From assembly GCF_000143415.4 (NCBI RefSeq), contig NW_003314348.1, positions 686,062 through 750,061 on the forward strand: a DNA stretch of 64,000 nucleotides, given 5' to 3'. Origin of the DNA: Selaginella moellendorffii (taxonomy: Eukaryota > Plantae > Lycopodiophyta). The translations under genes and the position numbers were made by a program. This document shows positions 13,055 through 24,920 of the stretch, one piece after another; the stretch's first letter is position 1; each line of letters opens with the position of its first letter. The notes under the pieces are model-generated. The model worked only from the letters and a program-made list of their open reading frames with translations. It was not told where the DNA came from and did no database searches.

Positions 13055-13927
13055 ATCGCCTCCAATTGAGTCAAGGTATAGAAAAACGCTCGAGATTTTT
13101 TGTTCTTTCTTCCTCTTTGTCTTGGAAGTTTGCTCGCCATAAATCTGGGCTTGCAGGTAGTGGAGCAAGCAATCAATCGAACGCAGACACTGACCACGAA
13201 GTAAATCGAGAAGAGTTTTTTTTTTTTTGTCCTTTAAATTGCTCTAAAGTTTTGGCGTCTTTTTAAGCTGCGCATCGAAGAGCTATTAGAAGAAGAGAAG
13301 GATGTGATAGCAACCTTTGCAAGATAAATCGTTTTCAAAGGTATGATAGTCGTCGGAACCATATGGTCGTCTTTAAATATGTGGAGGTATCTATCCCATG
13401 GTCAGTCCAGTATGTAGTGTACCACATGAGTTATATCTCGTGGCACTATTCATTTTAGTATTCCTGGTTTGGAGTTATTGGCGGACGTGTACCGGCGGGT
13501 ACCGACGTTTAGTTTGCTCTGATTAACATGGTAAAAATAGTTTCAGTTTCTCTTAAGTCGGCCTGGGTAAATGTAGATTTTTTTTCTTAAGAATGGGACT
13601 GACAAATCTGCCATGGCAGCAGTTCCGGTATGGCTCTACATGACTTTCAAATTTCCAAAGATTAGTCTTAAGCAATCATATTTGATTAGTTGTTTGAAGA
13701 ACAATATAGTTGCGGTGCAGCTAGAAAGCGACTGATTTTGATTTTGGATCCTAAGCATGGGGCGTTCGTATAATACAGGATCATTTACGGTCTACGATAC
13801 GGCGTTTCTGGCGGTCACGGGCGTTTCTTCTTCCTGTGCATAGCTATGCCTGGTGGGGAATTAGTTTTCTAGGTAGAGTAGGGTTTGGACCGATCGACCC
13901 TGCGCATCTTCGGCATTTCGAGCGCGA

Positions 13928-15585
13928 ATGGGATCGGTGGATGGAGATTATTGTGTAGAATCGAAGAAATCGGCAATGGCGGGCGGAGGATCGAGCGCCA
14001 CGGCCACGGCGGCGGCGAGCAGAGGCGCGCGGCGGAGCCTGGCCAAGGATCTCAAGGATCAAGAACCCTACTCCCCGCGGCTCTTCACCAAGAAGCAGCT
14101 GCTCCTCCTCCAGCAGCAGCGGCAGTACCAGTTCTTGGAAGATCATCATCGCCAGCAGCATTCCCAGCAGCAGCAGCAAGCGCCAGTCAATCTTCTCAAC
14201 TCGAGAAGGGTTTATCCCTCTTCCTCCTCCTCCAGGCAGCTCCTCCTGCGCAATGCGGCGGATTTCGACAGCTCCAGCCATGGATCACCGCTCGTTCTTC
14301 CCCGCAAGGTCCCCAAGAAGATGGTCGTGGATGAGAAGCAGCTGGCCATGAAGCTCCTCCGGGCAAGGAATCTCGTCTCTTGCTCCTCCACCTCTTCGTC
14401 TTCTTCCTCGTCCGAGAATGCATCGCTCAGGGCATCGGCCGAGGGTGGGGATATTTTGCCCAGATCCTCGCTCGATATTCCGAGAAGGAGCTTGCTATCG
14501 GGCTATGGCGGCGCTAGAAGCCAGCAGATTCACTCCCTCGTCCGCCAAAAATCCGTGTCCTCCAGTAGCAGCAGCCTAGAGAACGCCGGCGCCGAGGAGA
14601 AGATCAAGGCATTGTCGAGCGGGACGATGGTGATGTCTTGCTCGGGGCGGAGCTCCGACGCCGAGGAGAGCACCAGTGGCAGCAGCGTGGTGAGGATGAT
14701 CATGGGAAGAAATGGAAATGGTGGATATGCGAGGAGAGCGCACCATCACATCCCCCCTACTGCTCCTCCAGCGCCACCTCCAGTGGCTCCAATGCTCTTG
14801 CGATCGGCGTCGTGTTCTTCCGCGATGTCGAGCTCTTCCAGCTTGAGCAAACTGGTAAGGTTGAAAGCCGCGGATATGGGCGTGACGATGCAAGAGCACG
14901 CCTTCTACTGCGCGAACCAGGTGCTCGACGCCATGGACAAGCTGCATTGTAAGAGAGTAGCTTGGACGCTCAAGAAGGTATGCTCTTTTTCTTTATGTTC
15001 TTCGTCCATTCTCGAGTCAGTGCGTGGATTAGTTCTTAAGAGTTGTTTGCATCATGTCGACAGCATTTTTTTTTCCTCGCTCTCTGTTGTGCTCTCTGGC
15101 ATTGTTCTTCATTCAAACGATCGCCTTCTTGTGCGATTCTTCGACGTTTTCTTTTCCCTTCTTTTCTTTTGTGTTCCAGAGTTTTTGGCTGCTTTCGATT
15201 GCACTTTGGTATTCTCGCTCCATTGTTTATTTCTCTCCAGATTCTCAGTCTTGCGATCATTAATTACTGGGCGCTCTCTCTCTCTCTCTCTATCGGCGTG
15301 TGCGTGTTCATGCGATTCCTTTTTCCTCGGTTGTTTAATGTTTCTGGTCAGATCTTTCTTTTTTCGCGAGTCTTCGCTCATCGCTTCCCAGTCAAACTTA
15401 TGCTTTTGCTTTTGTTTTCTTGGTAGGAATTTGACAAGGCATACGGGCCAGCATGGCACTGCATTGTGGGGACGAGCTTTGGATCTTATGTGACACACTC
15501 GGTCGGTGGCTTCCTCTACTTTTCTATTGGCAAAGTTTCTGTTCTACTTTTCCAAACGGCCGTGGAACTGATAGAACACCACTGA
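13928..15585 (+). CDS. Dynein light chain LC8-family protein with a long Ser/Gln-rich N-terminal extension
   Basis: [12 protein letters not shown]...AWTLKK| intron 14978-15426 |[42 protein letters not shown], stop 15583-15585. Confidence 0.9.
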
Positions 15586-16293
15586 AGAAGAAGAAGAAAA
15601 CAGCTCACTCACTCGTTTCCAACAACACCGAGGCAAAAGATAAAAGAAAGGATTTGTTTGAGGACAGATTCAGATCATCGCAGGCTTTAACTTTTGCTTC
15701 GACTCTTTTTGTTCCAGAGGTTGAAGTTTGAGGCCTGGATCTGGACGTGATCTGGATCGAGAGAGCGAGCGAGCGAGTGTGGTTTGTTCGTTTCCTTTTC
15801 CTAGCTAGGATTGATTGATCTAATCTTGTGTTAGTTCATAGTTTCAGGAAAGCTGTAGGCTAAGAATGTACAGGAAAGAACAGACCCAAGACTTTCGTGT
15901 CACATCCTCTCTCGTGTCAACATTGGTTGCAATTTCGACGTCCAACATATCGTGCATCATTCTCTTCGGTCAGTAAGTCACTTCCGTCAGTCACTCCTTC
16001 GATCCTCACTCATGCATAACTAGATTTTTCTTGTCGCTCGGGAAAGCCCAGGAATCTCGAGCGAGTCATTATCGCCAAGCCAAACTCAACGAGTTTCGCT
16101 GAGTCCTGACTGAAAACACAGTTTCTTAAGTCTCGTCATTCATACGTTTTCGGTTATGATGATCCTGGTTTTGCTTTGTGTGTTGTTAAGTGTTGCTTGC
16201 AAGTTGGTAGTCTAAGCTTATCCGACGAGATCATTGAAACTTCCTCTTGTTATAATCCTGGGAAAGAATTGTCGCTCCTCGTTTCCAGATCGA

Positions 16294-16865
16294 TCAGACC
16301 ACGTCCAGCTGTGATTTGTCGCTCAGCCTGCTGGATCCATTCCAGAGCTCGTTAAAGTCGCCTCTCATCCAGGCGGAGAGCATCACGGGTCCTAAAGTCG
16401 ACGGTACCTTCCCAAGGATGGAAAAGAAAAAAGATCACCACAACGCAAGGATGGCGTTGAAAAGAGATCTTACTTACCAGGTAGAGAAGCGCTGGTTGTG
16501 CCGAGTGAGTTAGCAAACCTGCTGCTAAGGCACAGATCAAACCGATGGTATAACCGCACTGAGCGTACCATGTGTACTTGTGCTGGTTTTTGGGCGACGG
16601 TAGCTCCGAGCCCCGGGCTTTGGTGCTCTTGCGGTGATCAAAGCACACCACCAGTGCCACCAACATGCCTGGAATTGCCTGAAAGCACAGATCTCTTGTG
16701 AGTAGACTAAACAAAAGAAATAAACAAAAGAAAACAAGTCTAGCGATCTTAGGAGGAACGAAGAGCATCAGAAAAGATCCAGAGTCAGAATCCAAGAGTT
16801 GAGAGAGAGAGAGAGAGATCCAATGGCATCCGGGATATGAGAGGAGCGCCACCTTCCTAGAAAAC

Positions 16866-16910
<45 letters not shown>

Positions 16911-17681
16911 GACCATATCTCCAAGGCCGAGCATGAGATAATCGCCGACAGCATTTGGGTTCCCGGCGGCGCCACCGATCAAATGCCTAGGAAACACAAG
17001 CTTGACGGGCATATCGAGCTGCTTGGTGATGGATCCCAGCCCCGGCAGATTGAGCTTGTCCGCGACGGTGCGCACTGGATTGGAAGCCTGCTGCGTCGCC
17101 ACGGACACCATCACATTGGCGCCAAAGAACCTCTCAGACCAAAACACCCAAAACACGTCATACACGAACAGGCACGCCAGGAGGAGCGCGCAAACTCTCA
17201 CGTTTGGGAGGCGAATGTGGCACACGAACGCTACGCAGATGGAAATCCCCAGGAGATTGTTGAGCAGCCAATGCCCCGAGACGAGCCACAGCGCGATCGC
17301 GGTCGCGGTCGCGGCCGCCACGAGCGGGGCTTGGATTCTGGGAGAGCCCAGCCGGGCGGCGTAGGGCGCGATGCAAAACGCGAGCGATGCCGCGGCCATG
17401 GCGGTGGTGAGGAGGGTGATGATCTGCGAGACGGAGGAGAAGAGGTAGAACATGAGGAGGAGGCTGCAGGAGCTGGCGAGGGGGATCATGAGCGCCTGGG
17501 AGCTATCTAGGGTTACCGACGACGCGCCGATGATCATCTCCTTGCTGCTGCTGCCACCGCCGAGCGCGATCTCATGGCCGAGGGCTCTGTGCGCCGAGGC
17601 GAAGACTACCGCTGCGGCCGTCGAGATCAGCGCCAGAGAGGACGGCTCCAGCAGGTATTGGAGCTTCCAGAGCGGCTCCAT
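16294..17681 (-). CDS. SPPL1: Signal peptide peptidase-like intramembrane aspartyl protease (SPPL1/SPPL3 type)
   Basis: Catalytic YD (LFVYDVFWVF), LGLGD and QPALLYLVP motifs, with two introns. Confidence 0.9.
16800..16907. repeat. (GA)n microsatellites inside an SPPL intron
   Basis: GA runs at about 16801-16818 and 16867-16906. Confidence 0.9.
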
Positions 17682-17734
17682 TTTCTCCTCCCTCTCGCGC
17701 GCGCGCGCCCTAGTGTGATCTGATTTTAGGGCTT

Positions 17735-18148
17735 TCACATCACCCTGTTTTTAGGGTTCTTAGTTAACTTCCTTAGATTGTTTTCGAGCTCCTCTTCGGT
17801 TGGGATCTTGGGGATCAACGCTGCGCGGCATTGCACGCACGGGCTCGCGTAGTAGGAGATGCTCCCTGGATGGCAGTAGAGGCGGCAATCGCTGGGAGAA
17901 TAGCTGGGCATTAGCATTTTCCGATTGAGGAGCTGGATCGTTTGATCCTTGTCGCCCGCGAAATGCCGCGATCGATCTGGGCAAATTTGCGCGAGAATTG
18001 CTGCTGGAGAGACCATTCGATCTATCAATGTGCCAATCGAACTGATGATTCCAGGTCTCTCAAATCGATCGATACATGACAAACCTGGGATTGTTGTTGC
18101 ATCCAACAAGACACAAAGAATTGACATGATCAATCCAAGGAACCCCAT
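17735..18148 (-). CDS. Candidate small secreted cysteine-containing peptide precursor
   Basis: Hydrophobic N-terminus MGFLGLIMSILCVLLDA, an in-frame 81-nt GT-AG intron (18004-18084), then RKML and CRLYC...CVQCRAALIP. Confidence 0.4.
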   Translation of the reverse strand: MGFLGLIMSILCVLLDATTIPGLSCIDRFERPGIISSIGTLIDRMVSPAAILAQICPDRSRHFAGDKDQTIQLLNRKMLMPSYSPSDCRLYCHPGSISYYASPCVQCRAALIPKIPTEEELENNLRKLTKNPKNRVM

Positions 18149-18562
18149 GCAGCGCGTGAGAGAAGAAGGCGATAACCTCAACTCCCAGAAGTTTATCGAG
18201 GAAGAAAAGAAGTTTATCGGGTGATTTGTGCGAGGTTTGACCCCGTGGACCGGTCAATGAGAGCTGACCACTCCTCGTGCCACGCGGCACGGGCTAAATG
18301 GTCACATGCCCGGATGGATCCAACGGCTGACGCACATAGGGCCTACCTTCTAGGTATTGTCGCTCTCTTTGTAAGTGCGTGCTCGCTAGCTGCTCGTCCC
18401 TCGCGAGCTTGCCCCCGCCGTGACGATTCAACCCAGGAATTTTGCTCGCTAGGGTCAGATCGACGCGGAAAGAATGCTGGCCGGGCTAAATCCGCGACGA
18501 ATATGGCCTTAGATAGAAATAGGCGCTGCCGCTGCTTAGGATCATCGGGATAGCGCAAGGTC

Positions 18563-20149
18563 ATGGCGCTCTCCAGGATCTTCCTCCTCCTCTGCCTCTT
18601 CCTCGTCGCCTCCGTGCTCACCTATCAGTCCCTGAGCGTGGCGCGGAGCTCCGTGGTGCGAAATTTCGGCCGATCGCGGGCCGCCGGCGCCGCATCGTCG
18701 GCTCTCGTCTCAATGCCGCGGGATTTCGCCAAGGCGCGGCGCAGGGAGCGGCGCTTCCACACCGCGGTCACGGCCACATCGGCGCTCTACAATCGCTGGC
18801 AGTGCCGGATCATGTACTACTGGTACAAGAAGTTCAAGGACGAGGCTGGATCCGAGATGGGAGGGTTTACGCGTGTGCTCCACTCCGGGAAGCCCGATAA
18901 TCTCATGGACGAAATTCCCACCTTTGTGGTCGACCCTCTCCCCCCGGGCATGGATAAGGTATGCGATCACAAAGCTCTCTCTCGGGCTTCTTTGGGATTG
19001 GAGTTCCTAGCGATCGTTGACTTGAAAGCTTTTTTCTTCGTCCAGGGATACGTTGTTCTAAACAGGCCCTGGGCTTTCGTCCAATGGTTGCAAAAGGCCA
19101 ACATCGAAGAGGAGTAAGTTCTTTTCTCTTGGAATCCATTGGTCTTAGAAGTCATTCAATGCTCATGGCTGGTTTTTCCCTTTCCTTGTTTCCTGGTTGT
19201 CAGGTATATATTCATGGCCGAACCGGACCATGTCATTCTCAGGCCAATTCCAAATCTTGCCATAGACGACATGCCTGCAGCGTATCCATTCTTTTACATC
19301 ACGCCCAAGTCACACGAGAAGTTGCTTCGGAGGTACTTCCCCGAAGATAGAGGACCCATTACTAACATTGATCCAATTGGGAACTCACCCGTGATCATCA
19401 AAAAGGTAGCTCCTGTTGTTTTTTTCTCTCGTTAAGCATTGGCTACGTCGCTTGCAGTCACATCTTCTAAGGGTTGCGCCGACTTGGGCGAATGTATCGC
19501 TCCAACTTAAAAACGATCCAGCCGCAGACAAAGCGTTCGGCTGGGTTCTAGAAATGTGAGCGGGAGTTATTTGTCACTACCTGTGTTGTAATTTTCCATC
19601 TTTTACAGGTATGGCTACGCTGTTGCTTCGGCTTTGCATGGGATCCAGCACATACTGCATAAGAATTTCATGGTTCAGGTATGTACACTCGATCTTTCTG
19701 TAAGAAACTTAGTAGACTCTGCGTTCACAGCCGCCGTGGGACGGCAAACTAGGCGAGGTGTACATGATCCACTACACTTACGGATGCGACTACACAATGA
19801 AGGTAGTGCTTTGGTGTGGTTTCCTGCGCGCGCACCAGCCTGCTGATTGCATCATATGGCAGATTTCTTGGTGGTGAATATTTCTCACGCAGTGCTGGCT
19901 ACGGTTCTTTAGGGAGAATTGACTTACGGCAAAGTCGGGGAGTGGAGATTCGACAAGCGTTCCTACACTCAGAAGGTCATGCCCCAGAATCTGACGCTTC
20001 CACCTCCAGGCGTTCCAGAAACAGTGGTATGAATGATCATAAAAGTTTTCTTTGTTTGAGCTTGTTTCTAATGCTTTGCTCTCCAGGTGAGATTAGTACA
20101 GATGGTAAATGAGGCCACTGCAAACCTTCCAAACTGGACAATGCAGTGA
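18563..20149 (+). CDS. HPAT: Hydroxyproline O-arabinosyltransferase (GT95; HPAT/RDN1/PLENTY family)
   Basis: FHTAVTA...WQCRIMYYWYKK, MGGFTRVLHSG, GYVVLNRPWAFVQWL, YIFMAEPDH, IDPIGNSPVII, FGWVLEMYGY, and C-terminal NEATANLPNW. Confidence 0.95.
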
Positions 20150-20304
20150 GTGCTGGTGAGTCCACGCAAATTCTCACTGTCGTTTGCTCAAACTGGGATT
20201 TTGGAATTTCAGCTAGGCTCGACAATGGTACATAGCTAAATTTTTGCGAAATCTAAGGACGTATAAGGAGACTGGGACCCCATTTTGTCAGCAAAGGGAA
20301 TCTT

Positions 20305-21718
20305 TCAAATAAACTTCTTTCTAATCGAAGCCGTGCCGAGCAAATCGCTGGTGAGATAACCATAGTTTTTAGCGCGCTCGAATATTTCTTTCTGCCAAAA
20401 GTTGAAAAACCGCATTAAAGTTTTAAGCATCTTGCGACACCAACCTGGAGCATTTGCGTAACGTCACCATTTGTCTGCGAGAAGAGATCTCGATTAAAAA
20501 ACTGAGGTAAAGACTAGAAATCGCTCTACCATGAGATGCAATGGTTGCCAACTGCTTTGGCTCCATTGTTTTGGATCGAAGTTGGCATTCCATGGAACTG
20601 GCATCTTGATGCTCCTCACAGGCTGGATCAAACTCAAACTATCTGGAAATGCGAGAGAAAAGGTAAATAGGATCTGTAAGCGTGGTGGTTTGCTCGCTTA
20701 CTGGTCACGAAGGCTTCTTTCCACGAGGATCGCTCGTCCCAAGAAGGGCTGGTCTCGCTCACTGGTATGCTCGTATCGTTGCAAATCCTATCGGGAACAC
20801 CGAAAGAGAAGTTGGAAGAACGTAAGCTTGAGAAAGCTTCGATTTTACTCAATGACTAGTTGCCGGATCGTCCCAGGTAGAACTCCGTTTTCCAGGGCAG
20901 CGGTTTGGACAGTAACTCTGCCATCACTGGGGGAAATGAAAAGGATGAGCTTAGAACGAGAAAAGCACGAAACTTACGAGCTTAAAACAACGAAGAAATT
21001 GGATATGGATCCCTCCAGCAAGTGCTGGCCATCGTTTGAGAGGACTACTTCGGTGGTATTCTCAGGCTTGCATTGCTCCAGCACTTGGCGAGCACTGGAG
21101 AAATCACTCGCGAGAAAAGCTTGTAGGAAGAAAGATCGAAAGAGAAAAGTTTACATTACCTTACCCACTGCGAAGACTTGGCGAGAGGAAGCGGGCGGCT
21201 AGGCCCCATGACGGCAACGCTGGCCGTGTTCACGACGATTGCAGGGACAAAGCTTGAGATATGGACAGAAACGTCGAGAGATCTCTGCGAACAGGGAATA
21301 GAAAAGGTGGAGCTTCGCGATGAAAAGTGATTACCTCATCGGAATGACGAAGATGAACAGTCACAGCGACCTCCTCTTTCTCACTCCGTCTCTTCAATGC
21401 TTCTCCCAGTCCCGCACGTAAGGACGGATTCAAAAGCTCGGGAAAAGAATGGGAGCTGGGCGATGGCGAAAACGTCCTGGTTCGCAAGAGGCGAAGAGAC
21501 TGAGCGAGACGAGCAAGATGCCTCTCCCAGAGGAGCAAACGAGCTCCTCGATCAGCAGTCCGGGTCACGGTGAAAGCACCTGAAAGTCGAGAGCTCCGGA
21601 TAGCTTGGAAGAATTCGTGCTTACCTTCGGGATGGGAGCGAAGAAAAGACGTGACTTGCCCTGGATCATGCTCCTGCAAAGCTCCATTTTGGACGAGAAG
21701 GCGCCATCCAGAAGCCAT
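20305..21718 (-). CDS. Class-IV PLP-dependent aminotransferase-like (D-amino-acid aminotransferase/ADC-lyase-like) protein, multi-exon
   Basis: N-terminus FLRSHPEG|AFTVTRT..LLWERHLARLAQSL. Later exons EVVLSNDGQHLLEGSISNFF, VLPGTIRQLV and WKEAFVTS are typical of the plant aminotransferase-IV-like family. Confidence 0.8.
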
Positions 21719-21936
21719 TCGTGAAAATTTGCTGCCAAGATCGAGAGAAATAGCACCACCTCCTAAAGTACTAGCAAAAGAAACAAGTCGTCTCTAGCAG
21801 TCGTGATCTCAACGAAAAAAAAAGGAATTGTTGTGCGAAGTCAAAGACAAGCTAGCTACCAGAAGAAGCTCAAGAAACAAAAGAAATTTTTTGAGAGTAG
21901 TCAAAGAGTTTATTCTCTCATCTCTCTTACCCCTTT

Positions 21937-22392
21937 CTAGTGGAGGTAAGCTGGAATTTTAATGCGAATGAAGAGAACGCTCATCGCATAGGCGATCACC
22001 ACTGCCGCAATTCCACCCAGCCCAAATGACATCCTCACATTCTTGCTCCAGCCCTTGTGCGTGGCCAGATCCAGCGCCACAATCCCCATTCCACCAAGAA
22101 CAAACATAAATCCCGATGACAAACCCTCGATAATGTACTGCCCATTCACTCGCCCCGGCAAGAATACCACTGGACGGATCGCACCTGTTACTGGATCTTG
22201 GCGGCTGCCGATCCCTGGCGGCTCCACAATCACATCGTAGATTATCCCAGAAACTACGAGAAAATATGATGCTAGCACCAGGAAGAAGGCTGTCATCGGC
22301 GATGGCAGCTCCGGGACCAGCGATCTAAGGCGCATTCGAGGCGGCCGAAGCCCCTTGTAGATCAGCCGCACCGCATGTTCCACTGGATCCAT
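21937..22392 (-). CDS. OSTC: Oligosaccharyltransferase subunit OSTC/DC2
   Basis: SYFLVVSGIIYDVIVEPPGIGS...GRVNGQYIIEGLSSGFMF...RIKIPAYL, single exon. Confidence 0.95.
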   Translation of the reverse strand: MDPVEHAVRLIYKGLRPPRMRLRSLVPELPSPMTAFFLVLASYFLVVSGIIYDVIVEPPGIGSRQDPVTGAIRPVVFLPGRVNGQYIIEGLSSGFMFVLGGMGIVALDLATHKGWSKNVRMSFGLGGIAAVVIAYAMSVLFIRIKIPAYLH

Positions 22393-22485
22393 CGCCTGCC
22401 CCTGTTTCTAGGGTTCCACAGCCACAATTTAGGGTTCTTGGGGACAATTTGAGGGTTTTAGGGTTCTTGTTCCTTGGCTAGTCCG
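22393..22485. promoter_or_regulatory. 93-bp bidirectional promoter with telo-box-like motifs
   Basis: The OSTC and CCDC93 ATGs are head-to-head, with four (T/G)AGGGTT motifs in between. Confidence 0.6.
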
Positions 22486-24797
22486 ATGGAGCGGATTCAG
22501 GATCTTCTCGTTGCTGGGGGCTACTTCCGGGCGCAGATTTCGAATCTCTCGCCCTTTGACAAGCTTACGGGAGGCCTGGCGTGGTGCATTGCCGCCAGCA
22601 ATGTGGACGTCGACTACGATCATCTAGACTACAGCGATGATCTCATTCTTGGAGAGAAAATGTAAGCTCCGGCTTGACTTCTACGGTTTTTTTATCGCTT
22701 TGTCTGTGGTTTAGAAAGATTGGAGAGGCGATCGAGTCGGCTCTCCAGAGAATGGGGTGTCCCTATCCTCTTCAAGCGCATCAAATCCAGGGGTTGGATT
22801 ATCCGGCTGTGTTGCCAGTCGTTCAATGGCTTGTCAAGCGAGTTCTAGACACTCGCAATGAAATTGGAGACCTGGTAAGATTTTCTTCTCTTTTCGTTTT
22901 GTTTAACTCGTAGTTCTTGCACAGCTCCGGAGATACTCTCATTTCCAGTTCAGTAAGAACTATGAGCTGCCGATACAACATCGATCGAAAGACTATAACG
23001 TATCATTCAGTGATCTTAACAATTAGGAAACCACTCTTACTTTTCTTATACAGGACACTATACGAGCGCATGCTGAAGATCCTCAGTCGGGACACTTGCA
23101 ACACATTTCTCGACAATCCAGGTTTGTCTGACATTTTTCGTTTTCTCAGCTCTTCCATAAAGCTTCTTGGTTTTTCAGGAATTTGCAGTTGTTCTTCGAC
23201 AGAAATATACGCGCGGAGTACACAGTCCTTAAATACGGGTCGAAGAGGTAAGCCTACTTATACGCTTTGTTCTTACAAGTTTTAGATAAACTCTGTCTAG
23301 TGCTCAATCTGAAGCAGTCTCTAAGGTATGGTGAACATCTTTTACATCCGACTAAAACCGATGAAACGACAGCAATGGAAATCGATTGAAGCTTCTGAAA
23401 GGCAAGTATAGATCTACTTGTTTCATTTGATCTCTCATAATTCCACTTAACAGCAAGTTCGATGGCGAAGTACACAATGACCCTTATGACCAAAAGGTAG
23501 GCCTGCCTGTGAGTCTGAGTTTTCTTATTTCGCCTCTTTGTAGATTGACGAATTGAGAAACAAGCTCGAACGAAGCAAAGAAAGGCTCTCGGTTTTTGTT
23601 CATGGCAGCAAGAAAGCTTCTTTGTTAGATAAGCGGGATCATATCGACGAGCAGGTTTGTGGTTTTGTTTCCGCTTGAACAAAGCTTGATTTTTTGCAAC
23701 TGCAGACTAGAGCAAAGGAAAGCGTTCTATCGGAAATAGCTAAGCTGCGGATGTCTTCTGATGTTTCGAAGGATCAAGACACACTGGACAACGTCATAGG
23801 AGCATTGAAGTTGTTGACGGTTTCTAAAACTCATATCACTCCATGCTCAACTGCTAAAAGTTTATTTTCAGCTTCTGGAAAGAGAGAAGGTCGCGTTTGT
23901 GGAAGCGTCTAGAGACGATCGAAACAGAATGGAGAGGCAACTAAACAGCCTGAAAGAGTCACTTTCGACGGCCGGGGAGAATATCCTTGAGAAAAAGACA
24001 TGTCTTAGGAAAGTAAGTCACTGATCCTTACCGTCTCTTGCTGAAAAGATTTTTTCAGGAACTCGCAAAACTAAGTCGTGATGTTGTTGTTCTTAAACGT
24101 CGCGTGGATGATGTTCCTACACAATTGGAACTTATACAGTAAATTTTTTTCACCTCGAAAAAATGTGAGAATGTACTTACTCCTTAGTAACAGATACGAA
24201 CGATGTTTTATGGAGCTCTACGTGAACATTCAGGTGAGCTTTTAACATTCACGACAATTTGTTTATTTTCCTTCTCTGGTGAATAGGCCAAGCTACGCGA
24301 GACTCGGAAGTATTATGCGTCCTACAATGCTCTTGTTGAAGCGAATGAGTTATCACTGAAGGAAATATCTCTACTGAACTCGATAAATGACCAGGTCCTT
24401 AACGCAATTATCATTTCATTGTGATGAAAGACGAGATTCTATTCAATGCAGTACGAGAAGGCGATGGCAACAAGCGAGGGTCGTCCCAGATTTGTTGAAT
24501 CCATGCAAGAGATATCGAAAGGGGCACAACGGGTCAGTGGCTTACTCTTTCGTTATCCTTGCTAACTCTCGTCAACATTGCAGAAGCTTCAAAAGATGGA
24601 GAACCGCTGCTCCGAGAAGAAGACCACGTATGACAGTCTGAAAACAAAACACGGAGCTGCAGTTGCAAAACGACGTCAATACTACGCACTTTTGAAGCAA
24701 CTTCAGGTAGTATTATAGATGTCGCTGATACATATCCTTCTTACGTTTCTAATCGCAGGAAGAGTTTACCCGGAATGAGAAGCTAAAGACTCAATGA
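22486..24797 (+). CDS. CCDC93: CCDC93 (CCC/Commander endosomal recycling complex subunit), many exons
   Basis: IQDLLVAGGYFRAQI..LSPFDKLTGGLAWCI, CPYPLQAHQIQGLDY..V.PVVQWLVKRV, and C-terminal DDVPTQLELIQYERCFMELY coiled coil. Confidence 0.9.
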
Positions 24798-24920
24798 CAT
24801 CGTAAGCTACTGTCTTCTTTCTCTTTAAAAATTATATTTATCTGTTAGCGACATTAATAAATCCCTCTAGAGATGCTCTTCGTGCAACAACCAAAAACGT
24901 GTGTACATCGGAGTCTAGCT

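Noticed and set aside
14978-15493. Hydrophobic C-terminal part of the 521-aa ORF, resembling a membrane domain
   Set aside because: It is read-through of a T/C-rich intron; splicing restores a canonical LC8 domain.
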